Below, one piece after another: positions 28,313-37,163 of a DNA stretch of 63,652 nt. The first letter of the stretch is position 1; the number at the start of each line of letters is the position of its first letter. Origin of the DNA: Clostridia bacterium (lineage in GTDB: Bacteria; Bacillota; Clostridia; TANB77; CAG-508); NCBI GenBank assembly GCA_900754285.1, contig CAAECB010000046.1, positions 1-63,652 on the forward strand, read 5' to 3'. The translations under genes were made by a program, and so were the position numbers. The notes under the pieces are model-generated. The model worked only from the letters and a program-made list of their open reading frames with translations. It was not told the DNA's origin and made no database searches.

Positions 28313-28406
28313 CACAGAAATTTGCAAAGCAAAATTCACACACAAATAAAGACGAGGATTTTAAAATGTCTAAATAAGTACAATGTTATTAATATCCGCT
28401 TTTGTT
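28313..28406 (+). repeat. Copy of a ~95-nt intergenic element
   Basis: CACAGAAATTTGCAAAGCAAA...TTTTAAAATGTCTAAATAAGTACAATGTTATTAATATCCGCTTTTGTT. Roughly 80% identical by hand alignment to 58429-58523. Confidence 0.7.
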
Positions 28407-28585
28407 CTATAAAAAATAAAACACAAAAAATACAAAAAACAAAAAAATGAACAAATTCAAATAAATTCATTTATCATAATATGTTAAAAAAATAAATAAT
28501 ATTACAACAATAGAAAATTTAACTTGTATAAACCTGAAAAAAATGGAAATAATAAAAATATATTAATCAAAGGGAGGAAAAAAAT

Positions 28586-28909
28586 ATGGAAACAAGCAAC
28601 CTAAAAAACACAGTTATATTAAAAAGTGTACCATCAAACATAATAGAAGAAGCAATAATAGTATTAAAGAAAAACATAAAAGTAAGAGAATATGAAATCA
28701 AAAACAAAAGTGAAAAAAGCGAAAAAGGAAACTATATAATAAAAGAAGCTGAAATGATAATCAATAATTATTGTAATAAAATAGAAAATGAACAAAAGAA
28801 AGAAAAACAAAAAAAAGAAGCAGAAAGAAAATATAGTAAAGCAAAAAGATGGCTAATAATAAGCAGCATAATTGCAATAATAGAAATGATAATAATAATC
28901 ATAAAATAA
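28586..28909 (+). CDS. Small hypothetical protein with C-terminal TM helix
   Basis: GGGAGGA RBS, 107 aa, hydrophobic tail WLIISSIIAIIEMIIIII. It lies upstream of the M23/site-2 protease pair. Confidence 0.5.
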   Translation: METSNLKNTVILKSVPSNIIEEAIIVLKKNIKVREYEIKNKSEKSEKGNYIIKEAEMIINNYCNKIENEQKKEKQKKEAERKYSKAKRWLIISSIIAIIEMIIIIIK

Positions 28910-28992
28910 CAAAAATAAACAATCATAAAAACGCCAAAACCTGAATACATTTTATAAAAGAAAAGTGGGACAAATCAGGAGGTGTTTTTTTA

Positions 28993-29922
28993 ATGGAAAG
29001 AACAATGTCTGTAGAAGAAAAAATAAAAAGAGCAGAAGAAATATATAACAGGAGAAAAGGCATAACTACACAAGAAACAAAAACTGAAAAATTGCATGTA
29101 AATGAAGAACCAAAAGATGTAAAACTACTAAAAAAAATGATAATCCAAATTATAATATGTGGGATAATATATGGAACATTTTATATAATCCAAAACAATC
29201 AATTCATATTTTCGGAAGATTTTCTAAACAAAACCAAAGCAATATTATCATATGATACAAATTTTCAAGAAATATATGAAAAAGCAAAAAATGCAATAAC
29301 AACATTTAATCAAGAAATAATAAATAAAAAAGAAGAAAAAAATCAACAAGAAAATAATGAACAAAATAGTGGAACACAAGAAGAAAATCAAGAAGAGCAA
29401 ACAGAACAAAGCCAACAAACAAGCAATGAAAATGAAAAACAAAATGAAGGAATAGGAGGAGCTGAAGAAGAAAAAATAGCAAGTCAAACACAAGAATTAA
29501 CACAAGAGCAACAAGACATAAACAATGTAAAAAACACCACCACATTTATAAAACCAATAGAAGGAAAAATAAGTTCAACATTTGGATATAGAGAAACAGC
29601 AACAGGAACTGTACCAAAAAATCATACAGGAACAGACATAGCAGCAAATACAGGAACAAAGATAAAATCAGCAACAGAAGGAGAAGTAGTATTAGCCTCA
29701 GAAGAGGGAGATTATGGAAAACATTTAAAAATTCAAATAGGAGAAGTAGCAATAATATATGCCCATTGCAACCAGCTATATGTAAAGCAAGGAGACCATA
29801 TCACACAAGGACAAGAAATAGCAGAAGTCGGAACAACAGGAAATTCAACAGGGCCGCATTTACATTTTGAAATAAGATATCAAGAAAGACTAGTTGACCC
29901 TCAAAAGATATTAGAAATTTAA
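28993..29922 (+). CDS. Membrane-anchored M23 (LytM) peptidase, SpoIVFA-position
   Basis: TM helix, Q/E/N-rich linker, and M23 motifs HTGTDIAANTGTKI and GNSTGPHLHFEI. Confidence 0.8.
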   Translation: MERTMSVEEKIKRAEEIYNRRKGITTQETKTEKLHVNEEPKDVKLLKKMIIQIIICGIIYGTFYIIQNNQFIFSEDFLNKTKAILSYDTNFQEIYEKAKNAITTFNQEIINKKEEKNQQENNEQNSGTQEENQEEQTEQSQQTSNENEKQNEGIGGAEEEKIASQTQELTQEQQDINNVKNTTTFIKPIEGKISSTFGYRETATGTVPKNHTGTDIAANTGTKIKSATEGEVVLASEEGDYGKHLKIQIGEVAIIYAHCNQLYVKQGDHITQGQEIAEVGTTGNSTGPHLHFEIRYQERLVDPQKILEI

Positions 29923-29942
29923 TTACGAAAAGAGAAAAAAGT

Positions 29943-30611
29943 ATGAAATTTAAGATAGATTTAAAAATTTTTTTAATAGCAATATTATTTTTTATGACAA
30001 GCCAAATAAAAGTATATGCAATAATGATGATATGTGCAATAATCCATGAGTTAGGTCATTTATTAGTAGGAATATTATTAGGAATGAAACCAGAAAAATT
30101 AGAAATAATACCAGTAGGAATAAGAGTAACATTTAAAATAAATATAAAAGATATTAATTCAAAAATAAAACAAACAAATAAACTAGAAATAAAAAAGATA
30201 TTTGTTGCAATAGCAGGGCCAGTAGTAAACTTAATATTAATATATATAGCAGCAATATCAAAAACAAACATAATATCAAAAATCAATTTCATCTATGCAA
30301 ATCTATTGCTAGTAATAATAAATTTAGTACCAATTTATCCATTAGATGGAGGAAGAATTTTAAAAGGAATAATATCAATATTCAAAGGAAAAAAGAAAGC
30401 AGAACAAACAATAAATAAAATATCAATAATTATAGGAATTATAATAAGTGCACTAGGAATATGGATATTAATAAATAATAAAAACATAGCGATTTTATTC
30501 TTTTTGTTATACATATGGATAATAATAATCCAAGAAAATAAAAAATTAAAAAATAAAAGATTAATGTATGAAATATTAGAAAAAAGTATTGAAAAAAACT
30601 CTGAAAAATAG
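29943..30611 (+). CDS. M50 site-2 metalloprotease (SpoIVFB-like, no CBS domain)
   Basis: HELGHLLV (HExxH) in a TM helix and NLVPIYPLDGGRIL (the LDG motif). 222 aa and polytopic. Confidence 0.75.
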   Translation: MKFKIDLKIFLIAILFFMTSQIKVYAIMMICAIIHELGHLLVGILLGMKPEKLEIIPVGIRVTFKINIKDINSKIKQTNKLEIKKIFVAIAGPVVNLILIYIAAISKTNIISKINFIYANLLLVIINLVPIYPLDGGRILKGIISIFKGKKKAEQTINKISIIIGIIISALGIWILINNKNIAILFFLLYIWIIIIQENKKLKNKRLMYEILEKSIEKNSEK

Positions 30612-30650
30612 TAAACTATATTTGAAAAAACAAAAAGGAGAGTGCGAAAG

Positions 30651-32168
30651 ATGAAAGAAAAAATAAAACAAGAAAAAGGAGTTACACTATTAATTTTAGT
30701 AATCACAGTAATGGTATTATTAATATTAACATTCACAATTGTAATAAACACAAAAACAAATGCAAGCACAAAAAGATTAACACAATTAAAAAGTGATATC
30801 CAAAACTTAGAACAAAAAGTAAGTGATTTTTATAATGAATATGGAGAAATACCAGCAGAAATAGAATACACAAATATTGACCAAATAAAAGACTTATTGA
30901 ATGAAAAAGAAAAATCCTCAGAAAGCAAATTTTACGTAATAGACTTGCAAGCAATGAAAGGAATAAGTCTAAATTATGGTAGAGATTATGAAGAAATAAA
31001 AAACACAAACACAGACAATGCAAACAAATACGAAGATGTATACATAATAAATAATATAACACACAATATTTTTTATATAAGAGGAGTTGACGTAACAAAA
31101 AATGGAGTATATGAAAAATATTACACAAAAACAAACACAGTACAAGAAGTACCAGATGTAGATTTAAGTATAAAATATGACAATATAGACACAAGCAAAA
31201 CAAACCCAATAGCAGCAACACCAGAAGATATAGAAATAATAGAAGCAGATGCAAACAAAGGAATAGTAATAAAAGACAAAAACGAAAATGAATGGGTCTG
31301 GGTAGAAGTTCCAAAAGACACAGCATTTTCAGGCCTAAATATAGACACATCTAAAGAATTAACAACACAAAATTATAATGACATAAAAAATAAAATGATA
31401 ACATATGCAACAACATATAGAAGTTCTTGGACAGATGAGTGGTATGAAGGATGTGGATTGACACAAGAAGAATATGATATATTGTACAAAAAAATGCTAA
31501 AAAGCGTATATACATATGGAGGATTCTGGATAGGAAGATATGAAGCGGGAATAGAAGGAAGCATAACAGATGTAAGTAAAGCAAGAACAGCACATTCTGA
31601 TATATCAATAGGAGTATCACCAAAAGCAATAAGTCAAAAAGATGCAATACCATATAACTATGTATATTGTAGTGAATCACAAGCTTTAGCCCAAGAAATG
31701 ACGCCAGATAATAATTATACAAGTAGTTTAATGTTCGGAATCCAATGGGATTTAGTTTGCAAATTTTTAGAAGTAAAAGGCGGATTGACAACAGCAAACA
31801 TTAATTCAGACAGCAGCTCATGGGGAAATTATAATAATGTAACAAGAACAATAAGTAGTGACAAAGCAAAGCAGTCAACAAACTATGGAAATACTTGGAC
31901 AGCAATAACAGGAACAAAGCCAGCGAGTAAGGTACTATTAACAACTGGGGCTTCAGATGAAACCAGAAAAATAAATATATATGATCTGGCAGGAAACGTA
32001 TGGGAATGGACATTAGAAAAAACATTTGATAGCATTAAAATTTGTGCTGTAAGAGGAGGAGATTACTTAGCTACAGGTATAAGTAGTTCTGCATCAAGTA
32101 GTAGCCAAACTGACACAAAAGGTAACTATTATGGAATTAGCTTTAGAACAACATTTTATAAAGAATAA
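30651..32168 (+). CDS. Secreted/anchored protein: pilin-like N-terminal hydrophobic segment + FGE-sulfatase (SUMF1) domain
   Basis: N-terminus KGVTLLILVITVMVLLIL. C-terminal half has GFWIGRYEAG, YDLAGNVWEWTLE and VRGGDY, typical of formylglycine-generating-enzyme-like domains. ATG 30651 lies 9 nt after AAGGAGA. Confidence 0.6.
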   Translation: MKEKIKQEKGVTLLILVITVMVLLILTFTIVINTKTNASTKRLTQLKSDIQNLEQKVSDFYNEYGEIPAEIEYTNIDQIKDLLNEKEKSSESKFYVIDLQAMKGISLNYGRDYEEIKNTNTDNANKYEDVYIINNITHNIFYIRGVDVTKNGVYEKYYTKTNTVQEVPDVDLSIKYDNIDTSKTNPIAATPEDIEIIEADANKGIVIKDKNENEWVWVEVPKDTAFSGLNIDTSKELTTQNYNDIKNKMITYATTYRSSWTDEWYEGCGLTQEEYDILYKKMLKSVYTYGGFWIGRYEAGIEGSITDVSKARTAHSDISIGVSPKAISQKDAIPYNYVYCSESQALAQEMTPDNNYTSSLMFGIQWDLVCKFLEVKGGLTTANINSDSSSWGNYNNVTRTISSDKAKQSTNYGNTWTAITGTKPASKVLLTTGASDETRKINIYDLAGNVWEWTLEKTFDSIKICAVRGGDYLATGISSSASSSSQTDTKGNYYGISFRTTFYKE

Positions 32169-32302
32169 AAAATATTATAGAATATCAATATAAACTTGGT
32201 GTTCTATAATAATTTTTTTATGTAAAACAATTGACTTTTCAGCGAAATCGTTATATTATATATAAGATAAAAAAAGCATGATAAATCCTAAGGAGGAAAG
32301 TT

Positions 32303-33094
32303 ATGGGAGAAGTAATCGTAATAACATCAGGAAAAGGTGGAGTAGGAAAAACAACAACAACAGCAAATTTAGGAGCAAGTTTAGCAGTAGAAGGAAAAAA
32401 AGTAGCATTAATAGACACAGACATAGGGTTAAGAAACCTAGATGTAGTAATGGGGTTAGAAAACAGAATAGTATATGACATAGTAGATGTAGTAGAAGAA
32501 AAATGCAAACTAAGACAAGCCCTAATAAAAGACAAGAGATTCAAAGAATTATACCTATTACCAGCTGCCCAAACAAGAGACAAAAGTGCGGTAAATGAAG
32601 AACAAATGAAAGAGCTAACAAAAAAACTAAAAGAAGAATTTGACTATATCTTAATAGACTGTCCAGCAGGAATAGAACAAGGATTTAAAAATGCAATAGC
32701 AGGAGCAGACAGAGCAATAGTAGTAACAACAGCAGAAATATCAGCAATAAGAGATGCAGACAGAATAATAGGACTATTAGAATCATCAGAAATCAAAAAT
32801 CCAGAACTAGTAATAAACAAAATAAGACCAAGTATGGTAAGAAGAGGAGAAATGATGGATGTAGACGACATAGTAGACTTATTATCAATAGACCTAATAG
32901 GAGTAGTGCCAGATGATGAATACATAATCACACAAACAAACAAAGGAGAGCCAGTAATACAAAACAGAAAAGCACCATCAGGAAAAGCATATATGGAAAT
33001 AGCAAAAAGAGTACTAGGAGAAAAAATAGAAGTAACAATACCAAAAGAAGAAAGAGGGCTATTTGCCAAATTAAGAAAACTATTTAGAAAATAA
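32303..33094 (+). CDS. minD: Septum site-determining ATPase MinD
   Basis: Deviant Walker A SGKGGVGKTT, the DCPAG motif and a C-terminal amphipathic helix (GLFAKLRKLFRK). Confidence 0.95.
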   Translation: MGEVIVITSGKGGVGKTTTTANLGASLAVEGKKVALIDTDIGLRNLDVVMGLENRIVYDIVDVVEEKCKLRQALIKDKRFKELYLLPAAQTRDKSAVNEEQMKELTKKLKEEFDYILIDCPAGIEQGFKNAIAGADRAIVVTTAEISAIRDADRIIGLLESSEIKNPELVINKIRPSMVRRGEMMDVDDIVDLLSIDLIGVVPDDEYIITQTNKGEPVIQNRKAPSGKAYMEIAKRVLGEKIEVTIPKEERGLFAKLRKLFRK

Positions 33095-33123
33095 ACAGAT
33101 ACATAAGTGGAAGGAGTAAAAGA

Positions 33124-33657
33124 ATGTTTGAAAACATAATAAGATTCTTTAAAAATATAGGAAAAAAAGAAGAAAAAAGCAATGAAACAGAAAACTCAAA
33201 AGATGCAGCAAAAGAAAGATTACATTTAGTATTAATGCAAGACAGAGCAAATGTATCTGCTGACTTCCTAGAATTAATGAAACAAGAAATAATAGAAGTA
33301 ATAAAAAAATACATAGAAGTAGACGAAGGTGCAATAGATGTAAGACTAACAAATAAAGAAAATGAAGACGGAACAAATGGAGCACCAGCATTATATGCAA
33401 ACATACCAATAAAAAACATAAAAAATGAAGCAAGAAAAGTAGACTCAAAAGAAGTAGAAAAAAAGAAAGCAGAAAAAGAAGTTCAAACAGAAGAACAAAA
33501 AGAAAATAAAAAGCAAGAGGACAACAACAAACAACCAGAAAAAGAGCAAGAAGAAATAAAAGCAGAAAATAAAGAAAAAGAAGAAAGCAAAGAAAATCAA
33601 GAAATAGAAGAAAAAGATAAAAAAGAAAAACAAGCAAAAGACAAAACAAGAACATAA
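33124..33657 (+). CDS. minE: Cell-division topological specificity factor MinE with a ~80-aa K/E-rich C-terminal extension
   Basis: The MinE core (AKERLHLVLMQDRANVSADFLELMKQEIIEVIKKYIEV) ends near residue 95, followed by a low-complexity KE tail. Confidence 0.85.
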   Translation: MFENIIRFFKNIGKKEEKSNETENSKDAAKERLHLVLMQDRANVSADFLELMKQEIIEVIKKYIEVDEGAIDVRLTNKENEDGTNGAPALYANIPIKNIKNEARKVDSKEVEKKKAEKEVQTEEQKENKKQEDNNKQPEKEQEEIKAENKEKEESKENQEIEEKDKKEKQAKDKTRT

Positions 33658-33678
33658 AACAAGAAAAAAGAGGTAACT

Positions 33679-34785
33679 ATGAGAAAAAGAGAATTAAAAA
33701 ATGTAGAATGGGGAGTTTTAATAATAGCCGTTATTCTAACAATCATAGGACTAATAGCCTTATTCTCGGCAACACAAAGCACAGAATATGATGAATTCAA
33801 AAAGCAAATAATATGGTTTGTAGTAAGCCTAATAATAATGCTAATATTCATGCTAGTAAATTATGAAACACTTGTTAGAATATCGCCATTTTTTTATGGA
33901 GGATTTATAATTCTTTTAATAGCAGTTCTTTTTACAAAACCAATAAATGGAGCCACAAGCTGGTTTAATATAGGAAGTTTTTCATTTCAGCCAGCAGAAT
34001 TTGCAAAAGTATTTGTAATATTATTTTTAGCAATGATAATAACCAGAATACAAACAAGAGGAAAGCAAGAAATAAATAGGCCATTAAAATTATTAATAAT
34101 ATTAGCAGCATTAGCATTACCATTATTATTAATAATAAAACAACCAGATTATGGAACAGCAATGGCATTTATAGTAGCAACAGCACTAATGTTATTTGCA
34201 GCAGGAATAGACAAACGATATATAATAGCAATAATAGCGATAATAGCAATAGCATTGCCATTATTATACAATTTTGTATTACCAGAACACGCCAAAAAAA
34301 GAATAGACATATTTTTAAATCCAGAATCTGACCCAAGAGGAGCTGGATATAATATAATACAATCCAAATTAGCAATAGGAGCAGGAGGACTAACAGGAAT
34401 GGGATTGTTAAAAGGAAACCAAACGCAATTAGGATTCTTATATCCAAAAACAACAGATTTCATATTCTCAGTAATAGGAGAAGAAATGGGATTTGTAGTA
34501 GCAGGAGCAATAATAATATTATATGTAGTATTTATAACTAAAATCATCTATATAGCCAAAACAGCAAAAGACAGTGCAGGAACACTAATATCAGCAGGAA
34601 TAGCAGGAATCTTTATATTCCATATGATAGAAAATATAGGAATGGTAATGGGATTATTACCAATAACAGGAGTACCACTACCATTTATAAGTTATGGTGG
34701 AAGTTCAATGATTACAAACTATATAATGATAGGAATATTACTAAATATCAGTGGAAAAAGACAAAAAACAATATTTGTACAATGA
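33679..34785 (+). CDS. rodA: SEDS-family peptidoglycan polymerase (RodA by context)
   Basis: FtsW/RodA/SpoVE pattern (QPAEFAKV, KQPDYGTA, FIFSVIGEEMGF, TGVPLPFISYGGSS). It follows minDE. Confidence 0.8.
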   Translation: MRKRELKNVEWGVLIIAVILTIIGLIALFSATQSTEYDEFKKQIIWFVVSLIIMLIFMLVNYETLVRISPFFYGGFIILLIAVLFTKPINGATSWFNIGSFSFQPAEFAKVFVILFLAMIITRIQTRGKQEINRPLKLLIILAALALPLLLIIKQPDYGTAMAFIVATALMLFAAGIDKRYIIAIIAIIAIALPLLYNFVLPEHAKKRIDIFLNPESDPRGAGYNIIQSKLAIGAGGLTGMGLLKGNQTQLGFLYPKTTDFIFSVIGEEMGFVVAGAIIILYVVFITKIIYIAKTAKDSAGTLISAGIAGIFIFHMIENIGMVMGLLPITGVPLPFISYGGSSMITNYIMIGILLNISGKRQKTIFVQ

Positions 34786-34831
34786 TGTTTTTGGGGACGG
34801 GGCAAAAAAACACCCCGTCCCCAAAACACGC
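34784..34831. repeat. Two overlapping inverted REP-like units forming a perfect hairpin (probable rodA terminator)
   Basis: GATGTTTTTGGGGACGGGGCAAAAAAACACCCCGTCCCCAAAACACGC, with stem TTTGGGGACGGGG/CCCCGTCCCCAAA. It starts at the rodA stop codon. Confidence 0.85.
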
Positions 34832-34863
34832 TGTTCCAGAAACATATCAAAAAGGAGGAAAAA

Positions 34864-35850
34864 ATGTACTATAAAAAATTAAAAATAGGAAACTGTAAAC
34901 TAGAAAATAATATAATATTAGCACCAATGGCAGGAATAACAGACAAACCATATAGAATGATATGCAAAGAAATGGGAGCAGGACTGGTATGTACAGAAAT
35001 GATAAGCAGTAGAGCAATATTCCATGATGACACCAAAACAAAATTATTAATGGACACAGAAGGAGAAAAAAAGCCAATATCATACCAAATATTTGGAAGT
35101 GAAGAAGAATCAATGGCATATGCAGCAAAATATATAGAAGAAAAGGCAGATATTATAGACATAAATATGGGATGCCCAGCACCAAAAGTAGTAAAAAATG
35201 GAGACGGAAGCAAATTGATGCTAGACATAAAAAAAGCAGAAAAAGTAATAGAGGCAGTAGTAAAAAGCACAAGCAAACCAGTAACATTAAAAATACGAAA
35301 AGGATGGGACCACAATAATATAGTAGCAGTAGAATTTGCACAAATGGCAGAAAAAGCAGGAATATCAGCAATAACAATACATGGAAGGACCAGAACAGAT
35401 TTTTATTCAGGAAAAGCAGATTTAGAAATAATAAAAAAAGTAAAAGAAGCAGTAAAAATACCAGTAATAGGAAATGGAGATATTGTAGATGAACAAACAG
35501 CACTAGAAATGTTTGAAAAAACAGGAGTAGACGGAATAATGATAGGAAGAGGAACATTTGGAAATCCATGGATATTTAAGAAAATATCACATTTTTTACA
35601 AACAGGAGAAAAATTACCAGAAACACCTCTAGAAGAAAGACTACAAATTTTAGAAAAACATATCAATTTAGAAATAAAAAGCAAACCAGAAATTGTAGCA
35701 ATTAGAGAATTAAGAAAACCAATATCTTGGTATACAAAAGGTTTAAAAGATTCAAGTGAATTTAGAGACAAAATAAATAAAATAGAAAAAATAGAAGAAC
35801 TAAAACAAGAAATATACACATATTTTAAATATTTAGGAAGTAAGATATAA
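34864..35850 (+). CDS. dusB: tRNA-dihydrouridine synthase B
   Basis: LAPMAGITD, DINMGCP, ITIHGRTR and a C-terminal helical domain. Confidence 0.9.
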   Translation: MYYKKLKIGNCKLENNIILAPMAGITDKPYRMICKEMGAGLVCTEMISSRAIFHDDTKTKLLMDTEGEKKPISYQIFGSEEESMAYAAKYIEEKADIIDINMGCPAPKVVKNGDGSKLMLDIKKAEKVIEAVVKSTSKPVTLKIRKGWDHNNIVAVEFAQMAEKAGISAITIHGRTRTDFYSGKADLEIIKKVKEAVKIPVIGNGDIVDEQTALEMFEKTGVDGIMIGRGTFGNPWIFKKISHFLQTGEKLPETPLEERLQILEKHINLEIKSKPEIVAIRELRKPISWYTKGLKDSSEFRDKINKIEKIEELKQEIYTYFKYLGSKI

Positions 35851-35864
35851 ACTTACTTCTTTTT
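35837..35864 (+). terminator. Rho-independent terminator of dusB
   Basis: GAAGTAAG-7 nt-CTTACTTC followed by TTTTT. It overlaps the stop codon. Confidence 0.65.
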
Positions 35865-35986
35865 ATATTATAAGCAAAAGCCTAAATAATCTTGGCATAA
35901 AAAACATAAGAAAGAATAAAATTAAAAAAGAAAAGGCTAAAATAGAAGCGAAACAAGCCCATATAAAAAGAAAAGGAGGAGAAAAA

Positions 35987-36655
35987 TTGGACAAAAAAAC
36001 ATACAAAAAATTAATACAAAAAGAAAAAAAACAAAACAAAAAAACAATAATAATCATAGCAATAATTATAATAACAATTTTAAGTATTTCAACAATATTT
36101 ATAAAAAAACAGTTTAAAAATAATAAAATAGGAAATAATAGTAGTAGTCAAGAAATTATAGAAAATCTTATAAATATTAGCTCATATGAAGCAGAAATAG
36201 AAATGACAGTATATAGCAACAAAAATGAAAACAAATATAAAATAAAACAAACATATAACAAAGAAGGAGAGCAAGAAAAAAGCAGTCAAGAAATATTAGA
36301 ACCAAGCAATATAGCAGGAATAAAAATATCACAAGAAAAAGACAAATTAACACTTGAAAATAGCAACTTAAGTCTAACAAATATAATAGAAAATTACAAA
36401 TACATAACAGACAGCTGTATAGACTTAAGCAGTTTCATCAAAGAATACAAAAACAATGCAGAAAAAAAGCAAGAAGAAGATAGTGATAATATAAAACTAG
36501 AAATTGCAACTGCGAACACAAATCCATATATCAAATATAGAAAATTAGAAATAGACAAAAAAACAGGAAAACCTATAAAAATGGAATGCAAATCAGAGAA
36601 CAAAAAAGAAACAGTTTACATATTATATAATGAGGTAAAGCTAAACACAAAATAA
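35987..36655 (+). CDS. Membrane-anchored hypothetical protein (possibly LolA-like/YdcC-like)
   Basis: TTG start after AAAGGAGGAG and one TM helix. Weak resemblance (ISSYEAEIEMTVYSNKNENKYKIKQTY) to LolA-fold sporulation protein YdcC, which also lies upstream of mazF in Bacillus. Confidence 0.35.
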   Translation: MDKKTYKKLIQKEKKQNKKTIIIIAIIIITILSISTIFIKKQFKNNKIGNNSSSQEIIENLINISSYEAEIEMTVYSNKNENKYKIKQTYNKEGEQEKSSQEILEPSNIAGIKISQEKDKLTLENSNLSLTNIIENYKYITDSCIDLSSFIKEYKNNAEKKQEEDSDNIKLEIATANTNPYIKYRKLEIDKKTGKPIKMECKSENKKETVYILYNEVKLNTK

Positions 36656-36734
36656 AAAATAACATAATTCTTTACTTCAAGCTAATAAATATAGAAAAAA
36701 ACTTGACAATATAAGAACTTAGGAGTGAAGATAA

Positions 36735-37082
36735 ATGACAATTAAAAGAGGAGATATGTTTTATGCAGATTTAAGTCCAGTAATAGGTTCAGAACAAGGT
36801 GGAATACGACCAGTTGTAATAATACAAAATGATTTAGGAAACAAATATAGTCCAACAGTTATTGCAGCAGCAATAACGTCACAAACAAGTAAGGCAAAAC
36901 TCCCTACACATATAGATGTAGACTGTAAGACCTGTGGATTAAAAAGTGATTCTGTAATTTTAGCAGAGCAAATTAGAACAATAGACAAAAGCAGATTAAA
37001 AGAAAAAATAGGCCATATCGAGGATGAAAACGTCATAAATCAAATAAATAATGCATTAGGAGTAAGTTTTGGATTAGAATAG
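36735..37082 (+). CDS. mazF: MazF/EndoA-type mRNA interferase toxin
   Basis: [53 protein letters not shown]...[16 protein letters not shown] is near-colinear with Bacillus EndoA (NdoA). Confidence 0.9.
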   Translation: MTIKRGDMFYADLSPVIGSEQGGIRPVVIIQNDLGNKYSPTVIAAAITSQTSKAKLPTHIDVDCKTCGLKSDSVILAEQIRTIDKSRLKEKIGHIEDENVINQINNALGVSFGLE

Positions 37083-37163
37083 GAAAAAAAGCGAACTTAA
37101 ATATACTAAAACCAAAAATCAAACATTTTTGAGGTTAGAATAAATAATAAGTTCGCTTAAAAA

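Noticed and set aside
29300-29480. Apparent tandem DNA repeats in the M23 peptidase linker (and similar stretches in the htrA and minE tails).
   Set aside because: These are low-complexity Q/E/N (or S/N, K/E) coding sequence without a fixed repeat unit, as expected for disordered linkers in an AT-rich genome.
33149-33655. 168-aa and 62-aa antisense ORFs opposite minE.
   Set aside because: They are poly-Leu/Phe artefacts of the K/E-rich MinE tail read on the opposite strand.
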